Assembly: GCA_038245785.1 (NCBI GenBank)
Contig: JBBRSB010000005.1
Coordinates: forward strand, 32,001-96,000
Source of the DNA: Gloeobacterales cyanobacterium
Lineage (GTDB): Bacteria; Cyanobacteriota; Cyanobacteriia; Gloeobacterales; PMM-0068
DNA: 64,000 nucleotides
Direction: 5' to 3'
Made by a program: the position numbers and the translations under genes. Below, in pieces: positions 1-9,739 of the stretch. The notes beneath the pieces are model-generated. The model saw only the letters and a list, made by a program, of their open reading frames with translations, made no database searches and was not told the DNA's origin. Position 1 is the stretch's first letter. The number at the start of each line of letters is the position of its first letter.

Positions 1-1
1 T

Positions 2-3000
2 GCGCCGCTCCTCAATCGGCTCAATCCCATGCATCAGGGCATTGGTAGTGAGGTGGGTGAGCGGGTCATATAGCTCTTCTAAGATCGCCTTATCGAGTAA
101 GGTTTCGCGTCCCAGCAGTTCTAGCTCAACTTCTTTACCCATGTTGATCGAGAGGTCGCGCACGGCGCGGGGTAGACGGTCTACCAGTTCGCTGAGCGGC
201 AACATCCGGATCTGGTTGAGTCCGTCCTGGAGTTGGGATGAGGTCTGCCGGAATTGACGGCTGGTTTCATCCGACTCATCCGTGACAAATTCAATATCGT
301 CGGAAGCTTCTTTAATCCGTACGATCAGTTCCATAATCTCCTGAGAGAGGGTATGGAAGGCGGTGTAGCGGTCCATCTCTAGAGCATCAAAAGCTTCTTG
401 GCCCCGATTGATATCGGCAATTGGGCTGGAAGTAGCTCCTGGAGCCTGAATGCCAAGTACAGATTTGTCGTAGTATTCCTCTAGCTCTCGGCTGACTCGG
501 TCCATTTTGGTAACCCGCTGCTGGAGCATTTCCAAGGAAGCCCGGAGACGAGTCTGCTGATTCTCGAGGGTATTGCGGTTGATGACGAGTTCGCCTACCA
601 AATTGCTCAAACCATCTAAGTGGCGCACTTCTACCCGCATGGTGCGACGGACCACAGGTCCGGTCAACGGAGCCCGTGACTCTGCGGATGCCGCCACCGC
701 TGGTTGGGGAATTTCACGACCACCGCGCTCAGGCGGTGTTCCAGTACGGGTGGGACGACGGGCAGGACGTGCCGCAGGGGTCGCTTTGGGCGCAGGAGTC
801 GCAGGAGTAATAATAACAGGAGAAGGAAGAATATCTGTAGCTTGAGTCTGTTCCACAGCTTCTTTAGGAGCGTCAAACAAGGCTGCCAGATCCATCTCTT
901 CATCAGAATTGACGGTAGAAGCAAGTTCCTTCGAGGCAGGTGAGCTTTCCCGCTCCATCTCAGGCATGGAGGTAAACAAGTCGGCCAGAGAGTCTGCTGT
1001 TTCCGAGACCGCAACTGGTTCCTGTAAGCGCAGCTCACGTGCCAAGTCGTATCCGGCAGCCGAAGGCGAGAAGGGGGGTTCGGCTTCGTCTTCGGGGAAA
1101 AGACTGGAGAGCGATGCTATCGTATCTTGCTCTTGGGCCTGTTCTTGCTTGACTAGCTGTTCGAGGACAGGAGCTGGAGCCACAATGAAGTTGTCTTTGG
1201 GCGGAGCAAATAGTTGAGCGAGGATGTCGCCAAGGGATTCCTCTTCGGAAAGCTCCGCAACTGCAGCCATCGGCTCTACCGCTGGAGCTTCTAGAGAAAC
1301 CAGAGGGACCACAGCTTCGGCTACAGGAAGTTCTAACTCTTCTGATAGTAGAGACTCTAAAGCTGAAGCGGTCAGCCCCATACCAAGGGTGACTTCTAGG
1401 ACTCCTGGGATTTCCAAAACTGCTGTTTCTTCTGCCGCAGTTTCCACGACCTCTGGTGCGAACAGGTCGAACAGTTCTTCTGGCACAACCATGGGAATTT
1501 CAGGGAGCACTTCTGGGGCCAGAACTTCCGCAAGGATTTCTTGCGTAAGCTGCTCTTCTGCAAGAACCTCTGACAGGATTTCCTGTGTGGGCCGCTCTTC
1601 TACTTCTTCAATCACCGGCACTGGGAACCCAGCACATTCCATGAGCCAAGGAGAAGGTTTTACCTGAGCGCCATCGCCCTGCAGAATCAGCGCTTTTGAT
1701 TGCTGGAATTCTGCCAGTACCCTGAAGCCCATCTCTTGCCAGCAAGAATCTCCACTGCGCAAGAGCGCCATCGCCAAGGTTTGACAGAGATTTTCCCACT
1801 GGGAGTATCCGTTGGCTGTGCCTAGCTCTGTCAGAGTCCGAGCCAGGGTCAGTATCTCTTCGCGCACAGGCTCAAACCGAGGCTGGATGAAGCATTCCTG
1901 TAGAGCGTAAATCCCTTCATCGACTTCTTCTAAGAATTCAGCGGGTAGCGTAAGCGGTTCTGGTTCTGCGGGGGCTGCGACTAATTCGGGTTCTGCCTGG
2001 GATAGGACAGCAAAAATCTCTACTGGTTCTGGCTCTATCGGTTCTGGCGCTTCGAAGGCTAGAGGGACAGTAACAAGTTCTGCTTCAACAAATATGGGTT
2101 CTTCTTGAGGTATGGCTTCAACAATTTCTGCTATTTCTGTTGCTTCTACTAGCGGTGCTGTGACCTCGAGCGGTACTTCCAGAGAGGCCAGAACGAGTTC
2201 AGGCTCTGTCTCTTGCCCTGTAAGGTCCCCAGTAGATGCAATGGCCTCTACTACAGGAACTGCAAGCGGTACTTCAGGAGCCAGGACAAATTCAGGTTCT
2301 GTTTGGGAGAGCGCTTCTATTTCAACAGCCACAGGTTCATAAGCTGCTACCTCAATGCCGTTGAGCTTTTGCTCAATGCGCATCAGCAGAGGTTCAACTT
2401 CTTGCAGGGCGGCTTCGTCTAGTTCAAGATTGACAGCCGGTAGTCGATCAACGACACCTTGTAAGATAATCCGAGCTTGATCTAAATAGCTATGGAGGAC
2501 GGCATCAAAAAGCGCAGGCTGATTGTGGATTTCACGGCAAAAATGCTCCAAGCGAAAGGCAATTTGCCGGATCGCTTGCAGGTGGAGCATAGCAGCTCCT
2601 CCCTTGAGGGAGTGAAAAGACCGATATAGCTCTTCGCGGATTTCGTCTAGATCTAGGCTTGGGTCAAAATCTGGGGTGCTTAGGGACAGCAAGTTCCGCT
2701 CGGCAGTCACTAAGTTCTCTTGGGCTTCTTCAATAAAATATCCCAAAATTCTCTGTTGGTCAGGACTGAGCGGCGTATGCACTAAAGTCGTTACTACAGG
2801 AGCAGGAAGCCCGGTTATAGGAGCGACGGGAGGGACAGAAATTTCAGGTTTTTCTTCTTCAACTTCTTCAACTAGTGTTGCCTGTTCTAACTCAAATGGT
2901 TTTAATGTTTCTACTGCTTCTGGCTGTTCTAGCCAAAGCTGTTCTATCTCAAAGGGTTCTAAAGTTTGTATAGAATCTGTGCTTAGGTTATTGAGCTTGG

Positions 3001-3388
3001 CTGCAATCTTCTCTCCGATTGGCCCCATATCAGCTAAACACTTCTCATTGATGACTGGGTCAATCGTCGGTAGCGCGTAGAACATAACCTTGAGCAGATC
3101 TAGCCCCTGCAAGAGGTAGCCTTCTAACTCTTGGTCTATGTGCAGTTGGCGGTCTTGCAAGATGTTGAAACAATCTTCTAGTTTGTGAGAGACACCCAGG
3201 ATTGCCTGGAGGCCCAGCATGGCGGCTCCACCCTTGACTGAGTGCGCAGCCCGAAATAGTTCTCTGAGAACATCTGCAGGGTCATCACTGTACTGTAGCT
3301 CCATCAAGCCCTGTTCCATCGTATTGAGATGGTCACGGGCTTCCTCGATAAAGTACTCCAGGATGCGTTGCTGTGCGTCTTGCTCCAT
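2..3388 (-). CDS. pilL: CheA-like hybrid histidine kinase (PilL/HmpE type); C-terminus runs off the window edge
   Basis: Missing from the ORF track because there is no stop in the window. ATG at 3388 reads MEQDAQQRILEYFIEEARDHL. Two Hpt motifs (AAHSVKGGAAM, SFHSLKGGAAM), a dimerisation motif (TMRVEVRHLDGLSNLVGELVINR) and the HATPase start (DPLTHLTTNALMHGIE). Lies downstream of the MCP/CheW/CheY genes. Confidence 0.93.
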   Translation of the reverse strand, partial: MEQDAQQRILEYFIEEARDHLNTMEQGLMELQYSDDPADVLRELFRAAHSVKGGAAMLGLQAILGVSHKLEDCFNILQDRQLHIDQELEGYLLQGLDLLKVMFYALPTIDPVINEKCLADMGPIGEKIAAKLNNLSTDSIQTLEPFEIEQLWLEQPEAVETLKPFELEQATLVEEVEEEKPEISVPPVAPITGLPAPVVTTLVHTPLSPDQQRILGYFIEEAQENLVTAERNLLSLSTPDFDPSLDLDEIREELYRSFHSLKGGAAMLHLQAIRQIAFRLEHFCREIHNQPALFDAVLHSYLDQARIILQGVVDRLPAVNLELDEAALQEVEPLLMRIEQKLNGIEVAAYEPVAVEIEALSQTEPEFVLAPEVPLAVPVVEAIASTGDLTGQETEPELVLASLEVPLEVTAPLVEATEIAEIVEAIPQEEPIFVEAELVTVPLAFEAPEPIEPEPVEIFAVLSQAEPELVAAPAEPEPLTLPAEFLEEVDEGIYALQECFIQPRFEPVREEILTLARTLTELGTANGYSQWENLCQTLAMALLRSGDSCWQEMGFRVLAEFQQSKALILQGDGAQVKPSPWLMECAGFPVPVIEEVEERPTQEILSEVLAEEQLTQEILAEVLAPEVLPEIPMVVPEELFDLFAPEVVETAAEETAVLEIPGVLEVTLGMGLTASALESLLSEELELPVAEAVVPLVSLEAPAVEPMAAVAELSEEESLGDILAQLFAPPKDNFIVAPAPVLEQLVKQEQAQEQDTIASLSSLFPEDEAEPPFSPSAAGYDLARELRLQEPVAVSETADSLADLFTSMPEMERESSPASKELASTVNSDEEMDLAALFDAPKEAVEQTQATDILPSPVIITPATPAPKATPAARPARRPTRTGTPPERGGREIPQPAVAASAESRAPLTGPVVRRTMRVEVRHLDGLSNLVGELVINRNTLENQQTRLRASLEMLQQRVTKMDRVSRELEEYYDKSVLGIQAPGATSSPIADINRGQEAFDALEMDRYTAFHTLSQEIMELIVRIKEASDDIEFVTDESDETSRQFRQTSSQLQDGLNQIRMLPLSELVDRLPRAVRDLSINMGKEVELELLGRETLLDKAILEELYDPLTHLTTNALMHGIEPIEERR

Positions 3389-3407
3389 GGAAAAGCTCCT
3401 TTATCCG

Positions 3408-5501
3408 TTAGCTATTAAAAGATATGAACGGGTTGCCGTGGCTTTCTAAAGCCGATTCCACGGAGTCTTCTGCGGTAGGCCTATCGTCAGACTGCGGGCT
3501 TTTTGAGACCTGGAAACGGTCGGTGGAGGTCTCCAGACTATTGGACACCGCTACGAGCTCATGCAGAGAGTCAGAAACACGACGAGCTTCTTTTGAAGTT
3601 GTTTGAGCAGTACCTTCTAGCCCTTCCATGACCTTGGCTACCACACGCGCTGTTTCTTCTTGATCTACAGCCGTATGGGCAATGCCTGTAACTAGCATGT
3701 CAATCTGGCGTGAGACGGTAATAATCTCATCCAGAGAAGCTTTAGACTGTTGAGCTACGGCCGTTCCCTGAATGACCTGGTTAATTCCGGTATCCATGGC
3801 CGCCATAACACCGCTGGTCTCTGATTGAATATTTAGTACAATCTGTTCGATTTCTCGGGTTGCTTTGGCTGCCCGGTCGGCCAACTGGCGCACCTCATCC
3901 GCTACGATAGCGAACCCCCGTCCTGCCTCTCCGGCCCGTACCGCTTCAATACTGGCATTCAGCGCCAGCAGATTGGTTCGAGAAGAGAGCTGGTTGATCA
4001 GAGCAACGATCTTAGAAATTTCTTGCGTAGATTCTGCTAAGCGCTTTACTTTCTTGCCGGTCTCTGAGACCGTTTCGCGGATCGCTAAAATTCCTGCTAC
4101 TGTCCGCTCTACCGCTTCTCCCCCGCGCGTTGCCGTTTCGCTGGCTTGACGTGCTACCGTCTCCGCTGTCCGTGCGTTTTGGGCTACTTGCTGGATAGAC
4201 TCCGTCATATTGCGCACGGCCCAGAGGGTCTGACCAATTTCCTCGGATTGGCGTAAGGCATCGGTGGATAGACCACGGGCAAACTGTTCGTTCTCCAGAG
4301 CAGAAAGGCTGACCTGTCCGGCCGTTAGCTTGACCTTGCGGACCAGTTGGCTGAGGTTCTGAATAGTCAAGTTGAAGGAGTCTGCGACTGCTCCCATAAT
4401 GTCTGCGGTGACTTCCGCCTGGACTGTCAGGTCTCCCCGCGCAGCGCCCTCAACTTCATCCAAAAGTTTGATTACTTGGCGCTGTAGATCTTCTTTCTCT
4501 TGCTTTTGTCTGCTGGACTCTTGCTGCTGTTCCTTCAGAAAGGTACCGAGCTTGCTCATCAAACTCTTGGCAGGGTCTATCAGCTTTTTAGAGGTTTGGG
4601 AGAGAAGTACTAAGGAAGCTGCTGTTCCGAGCAGGACCGGCAAACCATAGAAAGCGGCTTTATCCAGCGGCAGTCCTTCTGTGATGGCCCAACCTAACCC
4701 TAAAAAGCCTCCTATTCCTGGAATCAACACGATCGGGAGCAAAGTTTTCCCGATTTGCTCTTGTTGTGAAACTGCACTTTCAAACTCTGCTGGGCTCAGG
4801 AGGTCTTCCTGTTTGCTGGGAGGAGTATTGGACGCTGGAGCCTGCGAAGAACGGTCTTCTAACATTGTGCTCATCATCGGACTGGGTAAGCCCATATCTG
4901 CATAGGAACTTTGTTCTCTCATTTCTTCTCGGCTGGGCTCATTGGAACGGGTTGCATAGTTTGGAGCAGGATAATCTTGCGCAGAAGGGGCCGTCGATTC
5001 AGTCTCTGGAGAGGAGAAAGGTTCCAGATAAAAATTTTGATAAGCGATCGCTTCTGACGGCGAAGGTTCCTCTCTAGGTTCTTCTTGCAGAAAATTTGTG
5101 GGACCCAGGTTGCTAGTTGGATAGGGGAGTTCAGATTCTGGACTGGCAAAACTGGAGTCTGGGGATTCGTAGTTGTTCATTCCAAAAAAGGGCTCGGATT
5201 CGCTTGCAGACATAGGACTGGCCACCGTTTGGGGTTCCATATTTTCCAGGTCCAATCGCTGTAGCGCCTTGTGCGCTGTTTGGTGAATTTCAGGATCAGC
5301 ATTGAGCCCTAGAACCTTCTCATATTGGATCCGTGCCATATCAGGGCGACCTATTTGCTGTTGGGCTGAAGCCAACCAGAGACGAAGATTTGGGTCTTCA
5401 GGCTGGACATCTACAAGATGGGTAAACAGATTGACGGCTTCCTCGTAATTCTCTTGAGCAAAAGCCTCTACTGCTTGTTGATATTCGGTTGCCGAAACCA
5501 T
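3408..5501 (-). CDS. pilJ: Methyl-accepting chemotaxis protein with N-terminal TPR (PilJ/HmpD type)
   Basis: MCP signalling hairpin [34 protein letters not shown], two close TM segments and a TPR-like N-terminus. Start moved from 5579 to the ATG at 5501 (MVSATEY), which has GAGG upstream and avoids overlapping cheW. Confidence 0.93.
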   Translation of the reverse strand: MVSATEYQQAVEAFAQENYEEAVNLFTHLVDVQPEDPNLRLWLASAQQQIGRPDMARIQYEKVLGLNADPEIHQTAHKALQRLDLENMEPQTVASPMSASESEPFFGMNNYESPDSSFASPESELPYPTSNLGPTNFLQEEPREEPSPSEAIAYQNFYLEPFSSPETESTAPSAQDYPAPNYATRSNEPSREEMREQSSYADMGLPSPMMSTMLEDRSSQAPASNTPPSKQEDLLSPAEFESAVSQQEQIGKTLLPIVLIPGIGGFLGLGWAITEGLPLDKAAFYGLPVLLGTAASLVLLSQTSKKLIDPAKSLMSKLGTFLKEQQQESSRQKQEKEDLQRQVIKLLDEVEGAARGDLTVQAEVTADIMGAVADSFNLTIQNLSQLVRKVKLTAGQVSLSALENEQFARGLSTDALRQSEEIGQTLWAVRNMTESIQQVAQNARTAETVARQASETATRGGEAVERTVAGILAIRETVSETGKKVKRLAESTQEISKIVALINQLSSRTNLLALNASIEAVRAGEAGRGFAIVADEVRQLADRAAKATREIEQIVLNIQSETSGVMAAMDTGINQVIQGTAVAQQSKASLDEIITVSRQIDMLVTGIAHTAVDQEETARVVAKVMEGLEGTAQTTSKEARRVSDSLHELVAVSNSLETSTDRFQVSKSPQSDDRPTAEDSVESALESHGNPFISFNS

Positions 5502-5563
5502 GGTCCTACCTCTTTTGAAACTCGTCTTTGAAAACTCATCTTGCATGCGCTGGGTGAATGGTC

Positions 5564-6115
5564 TTAGGCTGCTGCCCATTGTTTGGCGGTGACGATGGAG
5601 CCAGGAGTAAGGAGGATCACAGGTTGGTCCTCAGTGTGGAACTTGCCCTGAATATGTTGGGCCAATCCTTCTTCTAAAGATTGATTCACCATCTCTTCAA
5701 TCTGGTCTGCATTGATCCAGGCCATACCTTGGATAGCGTGCACGGCCAATCCCAAAACTCCTTCTCCCTCTTGCACAACAATCACGGAACAGGAACCGAT
5801 AAATTCTGTACTGGCCTGACCGTAGAGCTGGCGAAGGTCCAGAATCCAGATAATTTCTCCCCGTAAATTAAAGGTTCCCAAAAGGAGTGAAGAGATATTG
5901 GGCATAGGCGTAATTTGCTCTGGCAAAATCTCTACGACTTCGACAACGGTAGTAGCGGCGAAAGCAAATTGTTCTTCTCCAGACAGACCAAAGCGCAGGT
6001 AAAGGTCTCCTTGCGGTATGGGCATGCGGGGAGCGTCTTCTAAGGGAGTGAGGTCTATCCCTCGGAAAGCGGTGTTTACTGCGTTCGAGTCTCGTGCGTT
6101 CAAGTCTTGTGCCAT
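5564..6115 (-). CDS. cheW: CheW-like adaptor (PilI/HmpC type)
   Basis: [27 protein letters not shown]heW motif; operon position. Confidence 0.92.
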   Translation of the reverse strand: MAQDLNARDSNAVNTAFRGIDLTPLEDAPRMPIPQGDLYLRFGLSGEEQFAFAATTVVEVVEILPEQITPMPNISSLLLGTFNLRGEIIWILDLRQLYGQASTEFIGSCSVIVVQEGEGVLGLAVHAIQGMAWINADQIEEMVNQSLEEGLAQHIQGKFHTEDQPVILLTPGSIVTAKQWAAA

Positions 6116-6121
6116 GCAGCC

Positions 6122-6487
6122 TTATCTCTTAAGTAGATTTCTAACGATTTGAATCAGTTCTTGGGCAATAAAGGGCTTGGTGATGTAGGCATCTGCTCCC
6201 TGCTTCATACCCCAATAACGGTCAAATTCTTCCCCTTTAGAACTGCACATCACCACGGGCAACTGTTGGGTAACCGGGTTGGATTTCAGCCTGCGGCATA
6301 CTTCGTAGCCATTCAGCCGAGGCATAATGATGTCCAGAACTACAAGATCAGGGCGGATACGCTCCACCTGATTGAGCGCTTCCAGTCCATCCTGGACAGA
6401 GATTACTTCAATCCCGTTTTCGCGCAGCACACTCGCAATCATTTCTCGCTGGGATAAATTGTCTTCGACAAGCATTACGGTGCTCAT
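6122..6487 (-). CDS. pilH: Single-domain CheY-like response regulator (PilH/HmpB type)
   Basis: Receiver motifs LVEDN, DLVVLDIIMP, GADAYITKPF. Confidence 0.93.
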   Translation of the reverse strand: MSTVMLVEDNLSQREMIASVLRENGIEVISVQDGLEALNQVERIRPDLVVLDIIMPRLNGYEVCRRLKSNPVTQQLPVVMCSSKGEEFDRYWGMKQGADAYITKPFIAQELIQIVRNLLKR

Positions 6488-6494
6488 GGCAATC

Positions 6495-7676
6495 TCATGA
6501 AAGGGTTTTAGAAGAAGGGGTAGAAGAAGAGGAAGGAGAAGATACAGAATTGTTCTCAGCAGAGCCTACATACTTATCAACAATGGCCAACAGCTCCTGC
6601 TCGCCAAAGGGCTTGGTCAGGTACTCTGTGGCCCCAGCCATACGGGCTCTCACTCTGTCAATGAAGCCGTCTTTGCCTGTGAGCATGACCACAGGAGTTT
6701 TATGAAACGCTCCTGATTTGCGAATCATGGCGCATAGCTCATAGCCATCCATCTTCGGCATGGCAATATCCATGAGGATCAGGTCTGGCATCAGCTTGTA
6801 CAAATCGGCAATTGCCTTAACCGGGTTGGCAATGGTATGAACCTGATACCCTCTGCCACCGAGGAAATTTTCTACACTTTTCTGAATGACAATACTGTCA
6901 TCAATGCAGACTACGACCCGGCTTCCGCTAGAAGCACTAGAAGCACGTATCGGAGCAACTTCCAAGTCGCGAATACCTAGAATTCCCTCTTCTACGTAGG
7001 GCATGATGGCCTTGGTTACGGTCACGATGTCGCGGCAGAGAAAGCGAGCAATAGAGCGGAGACTATGGGTCCCGTTTATCCAGCGAACGAGTTGGTCATA
7101 GGCTGTTTTAGGTAGCTTTTGCTGTAGCAGGTCTTGAGAATTGATGAAAGGACGCTGTTCAGGGGAGAGCACACGAGGCTGGAGTTTTTGCCACTCCGTC
7201 ATCCGAGCGCCGACCCGCTTGAGGGTCAAGCCTACTTCCAAGGGGAGCAGCACCGCTGCCATCGATGGTTTGTCATCAAAAATAAAAGAGCCCTGGTTCA
7301 GGGTCATCAGATCGAAAAACACTTCTTCGACCATGGCTTGAATGATCTGTTTAGCCTGGACGGACTCAAGCTGTCCCTGGTTCACCAATTGAACGAGAAA
7401 GGCGTACTCCGGAGCTGTTTGATCGGCGGAAGGTTCTAAAATATGCCGATCTTCAACCAAATGTGTGAGGTTGAAGCGCTGCAAATAGTCTTTGAGCCGT
7501 CTAAATCCGCCTTCCGTCTCAGCGGCATAAATACAACGCCCTTGCTCAAAGGCGACGACCCAGAAGCGGTTCTTCTGTTCCGTTTCCAGAAAGAGTTCTC
7601 CGGAGCGTTGACCTAATTCAATGAGCTGAAGAAGGTTAGAGGCATCCATCTCATGGAGTTTTCCCTGCATCGGCAT
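6495..7676 (-). CDS. pilG: PatA-family response regulator (DUF4388/PATAN plus receiver; PilG type)
   Basis: N-terminal MQGKLHEMDASNLLQLIELGQRSGEL and C-terminal receiver (CIDDS, DLILMDIAMP, YLTKPF). Confidence 0.92.
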   Translation of the reverse strand: MPMQGKLHEMDASNLLQLIELGQRSGELFLETEQKNRFWVVAFEQGRCIYAAETEGGFRRLKDYLQRFNLTHLVEDRHILEPSADQTAPEYAFLVQLVNQGQLESVQAKQIIQAMVEEVFFDLMTLNQGSFIFDDKPSMAAVLLPLEVGLTLKRVGARMTEWQKLQPRVLSPEQRPFINSQDLLQQKLPKTAYDQLVRWINGTHSLRSIARFLCRDIVTVTKAIMPYVEEGILGIRDLEVAPIRASSASSGSRVVVCIDDSIVIQKSVENFLGGRGYQVHTIANPVKAIADLYKLMPDLILMDIAMPKMDGYELCAMIRKSGAFHKTPVVMLTGKDGFIDRVRARMAGATEYLTKPFGEQELLAIVDKYVGSAENNSVSSPSSSSTPSSKTLS

Positions 7677-7771
7677 CCTTGTCCTGATCGTGATGGTTTG
7701 CGATCTCTAAGACCGTCCGCTACTCGCAGAGGTAACACCATGGGGCGTCACGCACTATGAGGAGCCTGATC

Positions 7772-7783
7772 TCAGTCTTCCCT
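7772..7783 (-). promoter_or_regulatory. Putative SigF/SigJ-type promoter box for the pilG operon (AGGGAAGACTGA)
   Basis: 11/12 identical to the box facing hmpF; resembles the GGGAATACT J-box described for Nostoc motility genes. Confidence 0.45.
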
Positions 7784-7899
7784 CCGTGAGCTCACGGACC
7801 TCTCGCTGCAATATAAAGATTTGGTTAATTCTCTGTGTATTAGCGCGATTACGGAGCCACAGGAATTTCGAGCGCAGGTAATAATACGCGCAGCGGAAA

Positions 7900-7911
7900 A
7901 GGGTAGACTGA
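7900..7911 (+). promoter_or_regulatory. Putative SigF/SigJ-type promoter box for hmpF (AGGGTAGACTGA)
   Basis: 40 bp upstream of the hmpF GTG; mirror copy at 7772-7783. Confidence 0.45.
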
Positions 7912-7951
7912 TTTATAAAGACACCGACTAACCTTTACCCTTCATCAACAC

Positions 7952-9739
7952 GTGCGCTACCTAGGAATCATTCAGCGCAAAAGCAAAACTTTTCTGGGCC
8001 AGCAGGAGCTTTATCTGCTAGCGAAAGAAGAGGGCGACTATGTTTGGAAAGCGACGCAAGGTCAGCTTTCTTCAGACCAGCTAAGCCGATTTGGACCCGG
8101 TGCGATGGTGATTGCAGAAATCACGCAAGGGAAACAACTCCAGCGGGTAGAAGATGCAGCGCCTCATCTCGTAGCGATTCTTCAAGGATTTGTACGCTTT
8201 ACGGACAATTTGCGGAATCAGTCCAGTGAGATAGATCTTTGGCGCAATGCTCTAGATCTTCAAGCGAAGGCGGTTTCAGACCGTGAGCAAGAGTTGATGG
8301 ATTGGGAAAATCGTCTGGCGCTATTTCAGCAAGAATTGGGCATTCAGCAGAGTCCCTCAGGCGGAATAGTCGGTGCTAGTGAAGCAGGTTCCCAGCAAAA
8401 CGAAGCCGAATTCATCAAGTTGCGTTCTGTCTTAGACAACAAAGAGCAGCAACTCATAGCTATGCATGGTGAGCTTGACCAACTCAGAAGCAAAATCCAA
8501 GGACAAGAAGAACTAGGTCAGCTCCTTCAAACTTCCAATGCGGATCTACAAAAGGAGTTAGAGCAAGCCCATGAGCGCTATGAGCAATTGACTTGGGCCA
8601 ATCAAAATCAGCAGGCTGACCGTTCTGTCTCTGTGGATAACACCTTAGTAGTCTCTCTGCAGGAAGTTCTACAAGCCCAACAGCTACATCATCAAGAAAA
8701 TGATCAAAATTTCAATGCCCTGCTGCAAGACCTGGATACCACACTCGACAAGCTCCGGATGCAAGCGCAGCAATTGGCGGAGAGCCAGCAGGCGCATCAA
8801 GCTGAAACGCTAAATTTAGCAGAGCTCTATCGACACCTCCAATCCCAAAATCAAGAAGCTCTTGCCCAAAGTCTGCAGTGGGAACAGACCGAGGGTGTGT
8901 TTCAAGCCTATAGTCAGCACTATCAGAAGTATCAAAAGTTCCTCGCGAGTCTTGAGGACCTCTATACCCAGCAGCGTCAGGCTTCTGCCCTGTTAGAAGA
9001 GCAAGTAGGACCTGCAGGGGTCACCGAAGCGCTTTCTCCAGAATTAGAGAAAAAACGTCAAGAGCTTCGTCGTTCTGCTCAACAGGTCCAAGACCAAGAG
9101 TATGAACTGCTAGAGATAGAGCAGCATGTCCAAAGTTTGCAAGACCGTTTAGAAAAGATGAAGAAGGAAGGCGCTTCCGAGGACGATATTGAGGAAGTCG
9201 TAGATGATTTGGACTTCCAGCAGCAGCGCTGTCAGATTCTAAAAGAAGGCCTTGCACCCCAGCAACAACGGTTAAAACAATCGGAAGAAGAGCTACAGCA
9301 GCAAATCAATGCCTTCCGGCAAAGCTCGGGTGCAGGCTCGTCTTCAATTCCAGTGCCCGAGGTACTAGAGCCCCTGGTCCATCAGATGGCAGAACGGGTC
9401 CAGCAACTTGCTCAATATCTGAAAACTCAAGAAGAAGAGCTATCTTCTTGGTGGCAGCAGGTTCAGGAGCAACTGCAGCAGCATCAGCAGCAAAAAAGTC
9501 TATGGCAAGAATTGACGGACCACCTAACAGCCCAAGAAGCGTCCTATCAGCTTCAGTGGTCTGCATATCAAGACCAGCAACAAAAGCTCCAAGAACAGAT
9601 CCAGGTTATTCAGCACACTCAAGAAGTATTGCTTCAACAACGGAATGATTTGGTTACTTTGCAGGGGAGCCTGAATGGCCATTTAGAGCAACCTTTGCAG
9701 ATGCTTCAAGATCTACTAGAGGGCGAAGTTAAAAACTAA
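7952..9739 (+). CDS. hmpF: HmpF pilus-motility coiled-coil protein
   Basis: N-terminus MRYLGIIQRK...ELYLLA...W followed by EIDLWRNALDLQ and a long Gln/Glu-rich coiled coil; divergent from the PatA-CheY-CheW-MCP-CheA cluster as in other cyanobacteria. Confidence 0.85.
   Translation: MRYLGIIQRKSKTFLGQQELYLLAKEEGDYVWKATQGQLSSDQLSRFGPGAMVIAEITQGKQLQRVEDAAPHLVAILQGFVRFTDNLRNQSSEIDLWRNALDLQAKAVSDREQELMDWENRLALFQQELGIQQSPSGGIVGASEAGSQQNEAEFIKLRSVLDNKEQQLIAMHGELDQLRSKIQGQEELGQLLQTSNADLQKELEQAHERYEQLTWANQNQQADRSVSVDNTLVVSLQEVLQAQQLHHQENDQNFNALLQDLDTTLDKLRMQAQQLAESQQAHQAETLNLAELYRHLQSQNQEALAQSLQWEQTEGVFQAYSQHYQKYQKFLASLEDLYTQQRQASALLEEQVGPAGVTEALSPELEKKRQELRRSAQQVQDQEYELLEIEQHVQSLQDRLEKMKKEGASEDDIEEVVDDLDFQQQRCQILKEGLAPQQQRLKQSEEELQQQINAFRQSSGAGSSSIPVPEVLEPLVHQMAERVQQLAQYLKTQEEELSSWWQQVQEQLQQHQQQKSLWQELTDHLTAQEASYQLQWSAYQDQQQKLQEQIQVIQHTQEVLLQQRNDLVTLQGSLNGHLEQPLQMLQDLLEGEVKN

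Noticed and set aside
42..3449. Many Ser/Thr-rich plus-strand ORFs in the ORF track
   Set aside because: Antisense shadows of the minus-strand CheA frame
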